63,960 nucleotides of DNA, filler included, from Atractiella rhizophila (GCA_021432655.1; 4 parts of 4 records of this genome joined end to end with filler, not necessarily neighbours in it), one strand, 5' to 3'; shown: positions 38,999 to 53,539, counted from the whole stretch's first letter. Notes: generated from the letters alone by a model not told the origin. Program-made: numbers and translations.

Positions 38999-41900
38999 AT
39001 GCCATCAATAAAGCGTGAGTCTACGTCATATATAATTCATCCAAGTCTGACGCGTTCGCTTGTAACAAGCCATCGACAGGCCGTCCGTCCACAAAATTAC
39101 GTCTGGACAAGTGATAATCGACCTTCAAAGCGCTGGTTCGTTTCTTTCAGCTTTCACAAGGAAACTCCTCTGAATTCGTGGCAGTAAAGGAATTGGTAGA
39201 AAATTCGCTGGACGCCGGAGCTACCTCGATTGGTTTGTCTTAAATCATTCTTTAGTCGTAATTTTGTTACAGGTGCAGGAGTGCTGATGGTTGGACATAT
39301 TGTCTCAGAGATCAGGTTCAAAGATCACGGTCAGAAAGGGTTTGAAGTCGTGGACAATGGGAGTGGGATTGATCCTTCAGATTATGAAGGCATCGGTACG
39401 TGTTTCTCTGCGTTAATTTGGTTCATACTAACGGGGATGTCTGAACGGTTTATGGAAGGTTTAAAGCATCACACGTCTAAACTGGAGACGTTTGAAGATC
39501 TGGAACAAGTGACTACCTACGGCTTCCGTGGAGAGGCTCTGTCAAGTCTTTGCGCGCTATGCGAAAAGGTACTTTGATCTCTCTTCACTCGCTGAGGGTT
39601 TTGACAACCTAAATGAGGTCACGGTCCTCACTTCTACCGCAAAAGATAAGGTCGGCACGAAGCTTGAGCTCGACCGCAATGGGGTGTCAAAAGTGACGGC
39701 CAAAGCTCCACGGAAGGTAGATCGTGATTCTCTCTCCCTGCACGAGATAACGTGCGTGCGTCGGATGGATAGACCGGCACGACAATAACAGTTACAGGCT
39801 TGTTTGCGACCCTCCCCGTCCGCCAAAAAGACTTCATAAAGACTTCGGCCTCCCAGTACGCGCGTACTCTAAGCTTTCTCAATTTTTATGCCCTCTGTAA
39901 ATTCGGCGTCTCCTTCTTTGTCTACAACGAAATTGGGTGCGTCGTCGGTGCTTCACTCGTTTTTCTATTCAGAAATTGATTTCTTTTCTCGTTTGGGAAG
40001 AAACAAGAAGACTCTACAGTTCTCAACCCAAAGCTCGGCAGGACAGTCATTCGCGACCAATTTTCTGGCAATTTTCGGGAATAAGGCGTACAAGATGATG
40101 CTCGAACTGAAGGAGGTAGAGTTCAAGTATACTCCCACTTTCCCAACCACAAGCCGTCAAGAGTAGGTTGAGGTTTCCTTTGCTCGTCTGTTCCTAAGCC
40201 GAGATCTAGAATAGATGCACACCCTATATCCGTTCGTTTAAATGGCTTGATATCCAAACCCGCTGCTGGCTACGGCCTTTCGCGCACTGACAGACAGTTT
40301 TTCTATGTTAACTCGCGACCGATTCACGGTTCTAAGGTGCCTCTCCTTACCATTCCTCCACTTGTAACATCAAAATGGAATACTGATTCTTCAAGAACAG
40401 TACGCTAAGGTCTGTAACGAGGTGTACAAGAGCTTTAACACGAACCAATATCCTGCGGTTGTGCTTGACTTCCGGATACCTGAAAGTAAGGACCACATTC
40501 TTCCTTGCATTTTCCAGAGAGGAGCTGAAGGGCTGAACAGGCAGTTTGGACGTCAATGTCTCTCCGGATAAGAGGGATATCCTTTTACATGGCGAAGGGG
40601 AATTTCTCGAAGCTCTCAGGGTAGGTCAAAAACCTTTCGCCTCCTCTCGATGCTAATTATGAAAATTGCATAGCTCGCACTGGAGGACTTTCTTCATCCT
40701 TATAGAAGCACCTTTCTCATCGGCTCCACGGCCAAAATCACAAACTTAAAAGCGACCGATTCGAGCTCTTCCAAAGCAGTGAAGCCTACCGCTGCCTCCT
40801 CTCATTCTGAGGATAACGGCCATAAAGCATCCTCATCGAAGAAAGGAAATGCCTCAAGCACGGAGGAAGATGAAGAGCAGGGCGAGGCGTTGCTGGAGGA
40901 GAATCGGGATCAGGAGCGGGAACCAGAGGCGCCAGAGAAAAAAGCGAGGAAGAGAGTGATGCTGGAGCTAGACGACGATTTTCTTACCGCAGGACCGGAC
41001 GGAAAAGACAATAATCAAGGTGCGACGGGAGATGTCGTCGATAATGAGGGGGATGTCAACGCAAGGGAAGAGAACAAACTTTTCTTGTCGGATGAAGAAC
41101 ATTCGGAGGATGAAGTTTCAGAGCGGATGAGGCGGAAGCGAAAAGCTTCCACATTGGTAGAAGATGAAGAGGACGAGCTTGACGAACATCAGATTCCCGT
41201 GACCTCGCTCGTCAAAAAGGCTCCCTCGACCAAAAAACAAACGACATTGTCGACGACCGGGGCGAGTTGGAGCTTAAAGATTCAGACGACGCCGGATAAA
41301 TCGAAGGAGACGGAGAAAGAGCGAAAGAATAAAGATCTCCTAAAGAAAGCAAAGAACCGCAGCTTGAACGGACTCTCTGACGTCTTTAAAAAGTTTCGCC
41401 CCCCTCACATTGAAGAGGATGAAGATGCAGCTCAGGTGTCAGAAAAGGAAGTTCAAAGTGGAAGAGAAGTGGAAGGAGTGATGGAAGAAGAGCCGCAGAA
41501 GGGGAAGAAGCGGATGTCCAATACTCAGAACGAGAACCGGGGCGACAGTGGCAGTGATTTGGAAGAATTGCCTGCACCAGTAATGCAGTCCAAGAAGGGA
41601 AAGGAGCGAGCTCGAACTCCAGTTAGCAAGATCATCGACTACCAGCCTGGACCTGACGACTCACTTGACTCCATACATTCCATCCGTCCTTTCGATGCCC
41701 ACCAGCTTTTCAGTTCGCCTTCCAAAAATGGAGCAGAAATGTCACGCTCTTCATCTGACATAAAAGCTCTGACATCTCTCAAATCATCAAGGTCTCAAAT
41801 CGAGGATCTGTCTGAACGTACCTTTAGGGATGAAATTGGCGGCACCGCTGGAATGGATCGTGCTGTTGCCTTCTCCTTCGCTGGCGTATCCAAAACTTGG

Positions 41901-42909
41901 AATCGTGCTCAGTTTGAGGACTCACCTGAAGGATCTATGGATGTCGATGACGAAGGATTGCAAGCAGCTGAAGAAGCAGGAGTAGAACAAAGGCAAGAAG
42001 AAGCAGAAGAAGCTCTCACAAGGATTGTCGACAAGCGCGATTTCAGGCGAATGGAGATTGTTGGGCAGTTTAATGCCGGTTTCATCATCGCACGTCGCCG
42101 TGCCGCACTTCTGTCCCCAAGGAAAGGTCAGTCCTCTGGGGAGGAGCACGATGACCTCTTCATCGTTGATCAACACGCGGCGGATGAAAAGTACAATTTC
42201 GAAAACCTGCAAAAGGAGAGGAAGATTCAGTCCCAACGACTGATCGCTGCAAAGCCTCTCCCACTTTCTACCTCAGATGAAGTAGTAGCGATGGACAACC
42301 TTTCAAGAATACGTGACAGCGGCTTTGATATATCGATCGACTACGATGCGCCGGCTGGGCACCGTATCAGTCTCCTCGCCATGCCGATCAGTAAAGATGT
42401 AATTTTCGACGATAAAGATCTGGAGGAACTCCTTTCACTCTTGGCAGACCGCACAGGTCGGGAGATCGTGAGGCCGAGTAAAATGAGGAGGATGTTTGCT
42501 TCGAGAGCTTGTCGCATGAGCATCATGATTGGAACCACGCTGAAGAAAACGAGTATGAAAAAAGTAAGCCCATTCTTTTTTCGTCTTCTTCGACGGTATC
42601 AACCGATATTTCCCAATACAGGTGGTGAGCAATATGGGAACAATGGACCAGCCATGGTCCTGTCCGCACGGTCGTCCTACAATGCGATGGGTTAGTTCTG
42701 CTTGCCTTAGCGATCCTTTCATTGATGTAGCACACTGTCTGAAGCTCGCTTCCCTTCAAGACGAGCGGACCAAACGCAATCAAAGCGCCCCTTATCAGAA
42801 TAAGGCTTTCGGATTCAAGATGCTTACATGGTTCAGAAGGAGTCCAACAGCAGAAGTGCCGGCGAAGGAGCTCAAAGAGGAGAGCGTGCAACCTAGCATG
42901 GAGTTTTGA
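38999..42909 (+). CDS. PMS1: MutL-family mismatch-repair endonuclease Pms1 (PMS2 orthologue), multi-exon
   Basis: ITSGQVI, VKELVENSLDAGA, DNGSGI, GFRGEALSSL, GQFNAGF, DQHAADEKYNFE, ASRACR and CPHGRPT. Confidence 0.95.
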
Positions 42910-43116
42910 GACTTTTGACGAGGATGGTCTGCTCATTAGTTTGCTTTTTATCAGTGTTGGGTACATTTGGCAGCTCGTTCGTCGACAGTAACACAGATTA
43001 ATGTTGAGAAACAACAACTGTAGAGGAAGTGAGTAAAATGCGATGGAATTTTGAATCAAAGGAATTTGGTAGCATGGGGCAGTCTAAAATTTGCACAATT
43101 TGAAAGAGAGAAAATA

Positions 43117-46100
43117 TTACATGGCTCGCACGAGCTGATCGTACTTGGGCGGTTCCTGGCCTTCCTCGTTGACCTCTCCGGAGATCAATTTGGAGAAATG
43201 TGTCTCCACTTCTTCAGTGAAGGTAGTCTGAACACGAGCCTTGTTTCGAGATGATGATTTTGCCGAGTGCTGATGTTGGTGTGGCTCATGGGAATGATGA
43301 TGCTCCGTTGTAGCTGTGAAGTATGACGGTAGTCTGGATGTCGAGCAGTGGCACTTCATTCGTGCCAACATCAGCCACTCTTCCTTCGACAGAGAGAAGG
43401 CTGAAGAGACTTACAGAGAGAATTCTTATTGGAGCACCGAGGACGAGATCGAACAGCCTCTTCTTACCATTCACATCGAGGTACAACTCATCACCTCTCT
43501 CCAGGCGAACTGTAAACTTGACAAAGTGATGAATGCTCAGATTCGCCAACGAATGCCTAAAACTGGGTTGCAGGTTCGCAGTCGAACAATCCGGGATGGG
43601 CATCTGGCCTTCTACTGTCCATGGTCCAACTGGATCATACCATTGCGCCACACGTTCGACATCCTCGTTTCCGGCTCTATCACGACTCAATGGCTCGAGC
43701 AAAGGATTGAAAGCCTTATAATCCCCCTTGAGCTCCTCGATGGGAAACAGGACATCGTGTCTGAGCGCGTTGACGGAGGTATCAAAGAGCTTGAAGAGAG
43801 ATGTGTCCACCTTGAGGATGTCACGATCGGGGTGATTCATATCGTAGTATTGCACACGTTGTTCAAGAGTAGCAGATATGCGGTAGAGCTTTATCTTGGC
43901 CATAGGTGTGATCCTTACGACGAAGGGGACGTTCGCTCCGATACAAGAAGCTTTCGCCCCTACTCCCATCTCGAAACGCATCTGCGTCTCCCAGAACTTC
44001 TTGATCCCCATCCCCGTCAGTTCCTCCAAATTATCTGTCCCAAGCGGCCTGACGAGTTCGAGTTCTCTCTCGGACGAGAGGTTGGGATGGAGGACGCCTA
44101 CACGCTTGACGGTGGCATTTAGGAAGTAGGTAATGGACGCGTGGTGCGTTTTGATACTGGCGGGGAGGTTAGGGGGTAGTTGGATTTGTATGGGGTAGGA
44201 GTAGACCCCGGGGAGGAAATCGGCAGCGTTCGAATCCTTCCAAGGAGGCTTCTTTCTCCTGGACTTGCTCCTCCCGAAGCTGCTCTCATCCTCACTCTCT
44301 GAATCTGATAACGAAACCTTTGACCGACTTCCTGTTCCCGATCCCAATGTTGTCGCCTTACTCCGGGTTGGAGAACTAGTGTTGTCCTTCTCCCCAGAGG
44401 ACGGAGCTCGACGGTGCATGATCATATTGACGAGAGAAAATTTATGTTTCCTCTCCCCGTCCCTCTCTGCATCCTTAGTTTTCTCCTTCACCCTCCCCGC
44501 CAAAGTAGCCAATGGATTGCTCCCAGCCCTGCTCCTCCCACCTCCGACCGATTCCTCGCTCTCCGAACTCCCCAAACTCATATTCGACCTCCCCATCACA
44601 CCCACACTTGCACTGCTCACGCTGCCCCCTCCAAGGCTGCTCACACTCACACTCGTCCCCGTAGTTGTACTCGTGACCGTGCTCGCGCTCCTATCAGATA
44701 GAGCGGCCACAGAAACCGTCGAATCGAGCGCTCTCGTTAAGTTCAAGGACTGGGCGACGAGCGACTGCACCGCTCCGCCTCCGAAATTCACGGGAGAAGA
44801 ATCAGAAGGGCTAGTTGGGTGTCTCCATCTCCGTTCGGTTTCGGTTTCTGCTGGGGATGGTTGGGATGGCGTGACAGAGGGAGGACAGTCCGGGACGAGC
44901 GCCTGCAGGCCGATCGGTCCTCCTCTCCCTTGTCCCTCGCCATGAAGACGCTCGTGCAGAGGAGGAGGCTCGATTTCGTCCCCGTCTTCTCCCTCCTCTA
45001 TCGCACTTGTTGATATTGGGAGAGAAGGAGACGGCATTGGATCGCGGTCCATAAGACTAGGTCTTCTCAAAAACGGCATAGGTCGAACCGGTGGGACAGA
45101 GGATGTAGAACCTGCTAAGGGTGTTGGTCTAGGGGTGTGTGGGGATCCAGAAGTTTGAGGAGCTCGGTGGATCTGCTGGCTCGGGAGGACTGGAGTGTGG
45201 GTTCGGGAGACGCGACGGCCTGGAAGGGTGGAGGCAGCTACGACGGGAGATTGCTGCATGTTGGGCAGCGAAGAGCGACGCCTCAGTGCTCCCGGTCTCG
45301 ACGGCGCCGTCGTCTGTCGCTCGACTTGCGCACCTCCTTGGCTTCCTTGAGACGGTGCTGGTGCTGCCTCTTGATGCTGGGGTAGTGGCCGCGGAGGCAG
45401 GGTGGTCGACGAGCCTGTCTCTTCCCCTTGTTCCACCAAACCGTTAGCTTGAGCATGACCATTAGGATGAGAATGGGTAACGGCGGTTGTTGCCGTCCTC
45501 CTCCTCGAAGCGTTTGAATTGGCAACAGCGAAGGATGGCGGCAGGTCGTCGAGGTCCATGCTCTCGTTGTGACGTAGGGATGACGGCCCGTGAGAGATAC
45601 CTGGACCGATGGAGGAGGTTCGGCGGAGGTTGGGGAGATGTGGCCTCGCTGATGGAGATGCGGTGGACGACGTTAATGTAGAGGTGGATGCGACAGACGT
45701 TGGAACAACTTGAGGGATGGGTTCGATTTCGTCCGCTCGGGAGGAAGCGTCGAAGAGGTCGTAAGTTCGATCGATGATTGTCGTCTCGTCGGGTTTCTCG
45801 AATGCTAAATTTCCCACTGTTACTTCGCGTTCTCTTCTGCATCACTCTCGTCATCTCCCTCACTCTCGCTTTCACTTCTCTTAGGAGGATATGACTCTCT
45901 GGAGGATATAACTCTCTACAGTGACCTCTGGAGAACTTTAATCTTTCTCCTCAGAGAAGCGAGGAGATAAGGAAGAAGAGACGAAAGAAAGAAAGACATA
46001 CGGTCATCCTTATCCCAATCATTAATCCCCAGCAACCGCACACTGATCCTCTTAATCTTGGTTGCCCGTGTGACGTTCAACTTCAAAATGCCCCTCAAGA

Positions 46101-46437
46101 GAGCCGGCTGGCCATCTATGTTCATATCATCTTCGATCGTCACCTCCCCAGCACCACCACTCCCACTCCCACTCGCACCTCCACCTCCGTTCCCTACACC
46201 CATCGGATCCTGTGCGGAGAATTCGGGCAGCGCTTCTCCCATCGCTGGACTCATTCCTTCTCCCAATCTCGACCTCAACCCCAACCCCATTCCGGTTCCT
46301 AAGGGGGGACTAGGTCCCGCACTGCCGGTGCCATTCGGACTGTGGTTCCCTCCGCCCTGATGAAGAGTTGGACGAACGCGGAATGGAGGGAGGAAGACGA
46401 CGGGTTCCGCGAGGATGATTTGGAGGTTGGGCGACAT
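43117..46437 (-). CDS. Alpha-arrestin (ART; Aly1/Aly2-like) with a large disordered insertion
   Basis: LAEPVVFL, LLRGILKL...KIKRISVRL, FLPGVYSYP...LPASI, IHHFVKFTVRLERG, and PY motifs LPSY and PPKY. Confidence 0.85.
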
Positions 46438-47074
46438 CGCTCTGGTAAGCGCTTGAGACGATTTGGATGTGATAGATGATGGACGACGCGATGTCGACGA
46501 TGGGTTGTGAGAGGAACGAAGTGGAGAGTTTATATGGCTATGGATATGTGGATCTCGTTGACCGGGGAGGATGCCGAGATGGGTTCTTGTTCTGGGGAAC
46601 GAGAGTAACCTTGATGATTGTCGGTGGCGGAGAGCGAGAGCGAGCGCGAGCCTAGGTAATGCCCTTTTTCAATTACAATCAATATTAGCTGATGTTATAT
46701 AATTTCACTCACTAGAACGTCAACTCAGTGGCAGTTAATCGCTCCACCTTGTGAAATAGCTACTGAACTGCTAATACAGCATAAAGTGGAATTGCGAGCA
46801 AAATATGGATTGCAAGCAAGTTTCAGCAGCAACGACTGGATTTATAAGAGCAATCAAAATCCAGTTCATCGACGTAGTTGTCTACTTTTAGATTCGGTTC
46901 CGTCATCCTGATAGAGTGCATCACGTGAATATTTTGCAAGCCCCAACTAGGTACGTGTATGGAAAGGAAACGCGTAGGAGGAGTTGGGTTTTAGGGCACC
47001 GGTTTGTGGACTGGGAAGCTATGGATCAGGTAGTCTTCCTCCCACTGCTCAACAGAGTCGTTTCGGCTCTACCG

Positions 47075-47364
47075 ATGTTATCCTTACCTCTAAAAGCCAT
47101 CCGTTCTTGGCATGAGTCATAAAACGCACTTTTGAGCGTTCATACTTCCCTCACCAGGCACATTGAAGCAAAATGAGTTATACGATCTTACTGCATATTC
47201 TTGCGCCTTCCTGAAGCTGCAACGAAATTTTATTTTGAAAGGGTGAAAAAAAGTGTTTTGCAGAGGACTCGAACCCCATTCTGAGTCAGGGTAGGGTTCA
47301 AGGGGCCATGCCCCTGGCAAGTGGGTTGGGGGGCCTGAGGGACGAAGGCCTCTGACACACTTGT
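47075..47364 (-). repeat. Second copy of the ~290-bp structured repeat
   Basis: Shares ACAAGTGTGTCA...GGCCTTCGTCCCTCAGGCCCCCC...GGGGCATGGCCCCTTGAACCCT...GGTTCGAGTCC...GCTCAAAAGTGCGT..TATGACTCATGC with 34365-34660. Confidence 0.8.
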
Positions 47365-47575
47365 TGGACCTAAGTTACTAATGATTACTCATCCTTTATT
47401 AGCAAGTTTTAGGTGTTCCGACATAAGACTATTATAAACAAGTTTGGCTAATTGTTCTTCAGGTCGTAAGGCTCAATATTACCAACACTGCTAAATTTAT
47501 TGCCTTGAATAGCTGTTGAAGTGTTGAAGTGTCGAATGTGCACAGTATTCGGAGTATTCGGGAGCCATCATGTAT

Positions 47576-48295
47576 TCATTTCAATGCAGGCGCCTTTCTC
47601 ACTTTATTCATAACATAAATTACTGCTTTGACTTCGACATAAGCGCCAGCGTGCTTCTTGTACTCTTGAGGCATCTCGTGCAATAATCCAAAAATGATAC
47701 CACCAGCCCACCACGGAGAGAGTCCTAATGGGTCAACCGAACGAGAACCTGCCCATCGAATTGATTCAAACTGTCCCGTTCGAAACCTCCATTCCATTTG
47801 ATTCAGATGTGGCGACGTGTTTCCCTCTCCGAAGTAGCGACACTTCGCGGCCCATTCTTCGTCGAGTTGATCATGTAACACGTCGACCTCTTGTGTGGTG
47901 TAAAATTCAGGAAAGACAGCCGCTAGAAGAACCTGGCGCACTCGTCGCGGTCCTAGAATGGGAACCCCGTCGCGTCGCTGCCAGGTAATACCTAATAAAT
48001 ACTGAGCGTCAAAGAAGATGTACACAGGACTGTGTACCTTTGATATGCTTCCTCGCCAGTGATGACTTAGGGTTTCCCAATAGTCCACTGCCCTCCTATC
48101 GGTGAATCAGCTCATGTATACGTGATTGGGTACCTTACGTTTGAATCCAAATTTTGTGATCGAGTGCTTGTTGTTGTTGTCTGGGATGAAAACTTGTCCG
48201 TGGAACTTGTCGAATGACAGTCCATGCTGGTACAGGAGCTGTTGATCATGGTGTATGGTATTCCTATCCTCTTCTTCTGCGTTATATGCACCCAT
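47576..48295 (-). CDS. Cassette gene A copy 3
   Basis: VRQVLLAAVFPEFY...ESIRWAGSR...PWWAGG...EMPQEY; a probable upstream exon starts MGAYN at 48295. Confidence 0.6.
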
Positions 48296-48573
48296 ATCGG
48301 TTCTCTCCAAAATACCAGAGATGCCACAAACGTTGGATTGCAACAGTCATGCGCGCATCATGTAAAATGCGCTAGTGAGTCATGATCGGAGTTCAACATT
48401 CATGTTCAGTATTCAATGTTTATCGTTCAAACGTTCAAATAATATAACTAAAATTGATAATCGGATGATTCCCATTCAATCCAGGTTCACGTGATGATCT
48501 TCGTCTTTCCTAGTTTCAAATCAGGACTTCGTTTCATTCACAAGTAACATTGGTCGAGAAAGCTAATTAGGAC

Positions 48574-49411
48574 TCATCCCCATCTCCCCAAACCAGGGAA
48601 GGCACGAATGTTTCGTTGAATTATCTTCCGCGCTTGATGCCAGTATGGTCAGGAGTGCACAAGCACCACAAGGCCCAGGGACTACTCACGATGTAAATTA
48701 CTTCGTGGTCTTTCAGGGCCATAAACAGGCTCTATTCCCTCCCGAAAGCCATACTGGTTTCCTCTGGACTCATTGGCCGTGAACTGGGTTTGGTACTTAG
48801 CTGCGACTCGATCCTGTAGTTGTTGATCATAACGACTACCCCTGGGCCTAGGAAATGTGGACGACGTCCAAGGATATAGTTCGGCATCCTGGTCTCCATA
48901 ATGAGGGTGTAGGTTCGGATCATGGATTTCGCCGTTGGGCATTGTGATCGTTGCTTTACGGGCGACCCTGCGATATGTGTCACCATCAATCAATGTTAAG
49001 GCTATAGACAGACAAACCATCTCTTGGACTTCGTAATCCTGCTCGAGTAAAGCGGATGTAAGTTGATCCACGGCATTTTAATGTTTTGGTTTTCAATCTT
49101 CCAGAATTTGTAGGGCAAGTATTAGCGTGTAATGGGACTATTTTTCTTGACAGAAGTATTGTTTCTCGATACGAGTTTGTGACCAACGCATCCTTTTATG
49201 CCGTTTGGGAGCATAGCAGCTTGTACGTAGCAATATCCAGCAAACAATGCCGGTCAAGAACTCATGTCAACAGAGCTAGCTAGATCCCTTTGTGCCAACA
49301 AGGAGCTTGTAACTTGTCCCCTATTTACCTATTTACCAGTGAATCAACTGAAATGTCTAGCTAATTAGGCTTTCTAGATCCCTTTGTGTAACAAGGACCT
49401 TTGTGACTTGT
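48574..49411 (-). CDS. Cassette gene B copy 3; 5' part degenerate
   Basis: MPWINLHPLYS, HDPNLHPHY, LYPWTSSTFPRP, NQYGFREGIEPVYGPERPRS and IIQRNIRAFPGLGRWG*. Confidence 0.6.
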
Positions 49412-50595
49412 TGAGTTTCGACCATAAGCTGTTCCGAAATGTTTCGTTACTTAGTCATATACGATTCCTTGTAATCTTACTGCTTGTCGACAGCGCTCGA
49501 TATTTCCTTTGTTATTTTATGCCTCCAACTACCTTTGAAAGAGCTAATCTCAGCACCTCGAACTGTGATAGCATGCGCGTTGCGAATGGACCCACAGTGT
49601 TTGACACGCTAAGCAAGGATGGAAACTTGGAAGAGGGCTGTTTCGTCAAGGATATTCTAACATCCATTGTCGTCCGCCATCTGCTAGGTTGTTACATTTA
49701 GCTGGAACTTTGACGGTCAGGGTACTTTCCACTCTATCATCACCGACGTCTGCTGGGTTCTGCTGAAATTTAAATAACATATCCGCCTTGACAAGCTGCT
49801 AGGTTGTCGTGTACACACGTACAAGCAAACCATTAAAATGATACTCTATCTATGACAACTTGAAATGAAGAGATCTATTATGTATGAAAGTTAGACAGTG
49901 AGCTCCGCAGCGAAGAAGTGAACGTCGATTAGAAGCAGAGACTATTTATCAGTAATCTGTCTGTTTTAGAGAGAAGTGCAGGTACTTGTCTCAAGAAGGT
50001 GACGCGTGTCGAAGCGACGGCCATATACCCAGGATTTCATTCCTGCTTACTGTAGGGCAAGAGCAATTTCGAAAGAACAATCGCAATGTGATAATTAACA
50101 GGGCTTACAGTTGAACATAATCAGTTCCTATCCAACGGTTGTTGTCCATGCTACGCCTACAATCCTGCAGTCATATAACACTCCTCCTTTACACATCCTT
50201 CAAAACATTATGTATTCTCGACCGCAAGCAGCGCATTACCGTCTCCTGTAGCCTAGCGTAAAATCTGCGAGGAACCTGCCAACAAGCGTCCAATCTCATT
50301 TAATCGTCAAATGCTTTGATTATGTATTCGATATTAGAGAAGTAATGATGAGAATAATGCTTTGAATGCTCTGAATAACCGATGCAAAGTGTTTGAGGCA
50401 ACTTGGCTTGGGAATGTCAATTTTAAGGTTTGACCCCTAGCTTTCACCAAACCGGCGACCTCAAGGCAACTTCCACAAGGCAACCTCAGACGTCCACTGC
50501 CAGCGGGGCTCCACACTTTTCTTTCTTTTTCTTTCTTTCCTTTTACTTATCTACTCCACTTCCTGTACCGTGGCATTCTCCGGATTGCAGCAGAC

Positions 50596-53281
50596 ATGGC
50601 TTACATCGATACAAATAGTCAGCCATTTGCAGAGTTGGCATCTGCTCCGAGCACCAGTGCGAAGCAGAAGGATCACTATAAGGAGACTGATCAGGTTGAG
50701 CATGCGTGAGTCCCCCTCTTCATTAACGTTCTTGTTATTTTTGGTGACTATTGCTACAATTTTGTTCATCTTCACTCAACTTTTTGGTCGTGTGAACAGA
50801 GACATAGGACGGCAACGAATCTTCCAAGACTCCTCCTCCCCAAACGACGATGAAGTCCCAACCTCGGATCCAGATCGAGACCACGAAATCGGGAGGACGC
50901 ACCATACCGCTCACTTGCAGGATCCACATCCCAGAAGAGGAGCTGCTGCGTAAGTTCATCTTCCAGTAGCTGCATCATCTCCATAAACTTGAATAAAGCC
51001 ATGATCTCAATGTAATATAGGAGGAGGCCGACACCCCTCTTTGGTGGTCCTGCAGAGGATGATATCGAATCGAGACCTTTGGGAACGGTGGATGGGAATA
51101 CTAATCCACCTCATGTTTGGGAACATAATGTGAGGGTCCATCCTCAAAAACCTACTTTCTTCGACAAGTGTGTCACTGTGCGTATCCCATCCTTCGATCT
51201 CTCCTTTTCAAGCTGACTCTGCATTTCTGGTATGTAGGAAGGCTTTCAACTCGGCAGCTTCTTGGGCACCTCCACTTTCTTTTTGCTCTATGTAGTCTAC
51301 GCTACGACGGTCTATATCATCCATAAGGTTGGTCGGAACATTCCTTCCTCTTCGCCTCTCTTCGTGTCTACTTCTCCCTCCTCCTTTAGGTGAATGCTGA
51401 GCGAAAGACGGACGGGATAGCTCAACCCGTTTCACAAGCTCCCTCCGGGTCCGCCTATCAAGGGGAGCGAGTACGAGAAGCGGATCACCGGCGAACGGTT
51501 CAGGTACGTTATTTATCCCCTCAACTTCCAATCAGTGGAATTGAGGATTCTTCGTTGACACGATGTGCACAGTGCGAGACCGGAGTATTATATCAGGTAT
51601 TGGGGATACGAATGCGAGCTTGTCGAAGTAGAGACAGACGATGGATTCCTCGTCAGGTGCGTCCTATAGCGTCTTTGTTCCCCTTCCAGAATGTCTTCAG
51701 AATCTCTCCGAGTGGATGAATGCTGATGCTGGTGGACAGGTTGCACCATATCCTCCCAAAGAGGCATAAGGACGGTTCAGCGCCGTCGATCAAGGGAACA
51801 CCAGTTTTGATAGTCCACGGTATACTCTCCAGCTCAACCACTTTCGTCGTTAACGAAGAGAGGAGTCTCGCGTTCTATTTGTTGGAGTCTGGATACGACG
51901 TCTGTATGTCTCCTTCTCCCGCCCTCCCAGTCTTCTTTCGCACGAGGCTCACTGATTGATGTTGGTGTTGATGGAATGGCAGGGCTAGGAGATATCAGAG
52001 GAAATTTCAAAATGAAACACAAAACCTTCTCTCGCCTCAATCCACGTTACTGGAGCTGGAGCATCAAGTGAGTTCTCTCTCTTTCTCCTCCAAAATCCAA
52101 ACGAAACGGATGGACCGGTTGATTGATTACATCATGGTTTGAAGGGAAATCGCGATTTACGATTTGCCAGCGATGATCACACACATCTATCACCACACCG
52201 GAAAGAAGGTCGCGTACGTTGGACACTCCCAAGGAACCGGCACCCTCTTTCTCTCTCTAACGAGAGGATTGAGACCTGATGTCGGGAAAATGTTGAGGTG
52301 TTTCGTCGCCCTTGGTCCTGCCGTGTATGTCTCTCTCATTCACAATCTGCGAGTGCAGAAGAAGTGGTCAACGGCGCGTTCTTTTTGACGTTTGTGGTGG
52401 TGGTGGGAACAGGTATGCGGGACCGGTCTTGAAACAGTTCCCTTTCAATATCCTCCGAAAGTTCAAGAGCAGGAAGCTCTGGGGAGTGTTGATGGGCGAG
52501 AGGGAGTTCATACCCATCATGTCCCTTGTCGCTGGCTACCTCCTCCCGTACGTTCACCATCCCCTTCTTCCCCCTCCCACAGCCTCCTACAGCCGCTGAT
52601 GGAAGAACACAGGTCATGGGCTTTTGGGCATCTAGCTATGCCCGTCTTTTTGGATCTTTTCGATTGCTCCCCTCAGGTCAGTCTTTCCTTCCCCCCTCCT
52701 GATGGACACAGTGCATATTTTCCATACAGAATTGGGTCCCTCGTCAGATCCCGAAAATGTTTCGCGCCGTCCCCGTCCCGAACTCATCTGAACTTCTTTG
52801 TTAGTTCTTTCCCTCCTTCCTTATCGAGAGACACTAATTTGGGCTGGCGGGAAGATTATTACATGTCCACCTTCTCTTGGAAAGGCTGCATCTTCAAGAC
52901 CGACCACCTCGAACCATGGTGGGACCATAACTTCCCTCCTCTCATGATTGCATACGGAAAACTCGATACCTTGGTCCTCGGCGAGCCTCTGGTGCAGAGA
53001 ATCAAAGAGCGCGAACCTGACGTTAGGTTTGTGGACCATATTATACTTTTCTTCTTTGTACCAGGAGGCTGAGGGTTGTGTGGGTTAGGTTGGTCAAGGT
53101 GGTCGCGTTGGAGAATTACGATCATTTGGACCTTACTTGGTGTAAGTCTTCGCTCAGTATCACTGTGAGAGAAGGATTGTGCTGATGCTTGTTTGATTGA
53201 TGTGACTGGGGAACAGCTGTCGATGCAGTGGAGAGGGTGTTCGTGCATATCAAAGACACCATCGAAGACTCCGCTCCTTGA
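50596..53281 (+). CDS. Acid lipase / steryl-ester hydrolase (Tgl1/Yeh-like AB hydrolase), many exons; start approximate
   Basis: YWGYECELVEVETDDGF, PVLIVHG, SLAFYL.ESGYDVWLGDIRG, YDLPAMI, YVGHSQG, GKLDTL and YDHLD. Confidence 0.88.
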
Positions 53282-53439
53282 TCTCTGTCCATAGTTGCTG
53301 ATGGCTTGGTGGACCAAACGATCGACTAGTTGGATTTGAGAGGACTTATTTATGCTTCCTGTTGTGTGCTTTTCAGGGTTGTTCACACTCATGTTGAAGC
53401 TGGATGTGGTTGGACTGTTCCGAGCCTTTGGGATTATTT

Positions 53440-53539
53440 NNNNNNNNNNNNNNNNNNNNNNNNNNNNNNNNNNNNNNNNNNNNTTAATTAATTAANNNNN
53501 NNNNNNNNNNNNNNNNNNNNNNNNNNNNNNNNNNNNNNN
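53440..53539. other. Artificial contig linker
   Basis: N44-TTAATTAATTAA-N44. Confidence 0.97.

Noticed and set aside
43316..45447. Long antisense ORFs over the arrestin gene (similar ones overlie PSR1, SLC1 and 32932-33795)
   Set aside because: These are shadow frames of GC-rich or low-complexity coding sequence with no motifs.
49281..49411. Short local duplication CTAGATCCCTTTGTG..AACAAGGA in gene B copy 3
   Set aside because: It is likely a decay-associated duplication and not a TSD of any recognisable element.
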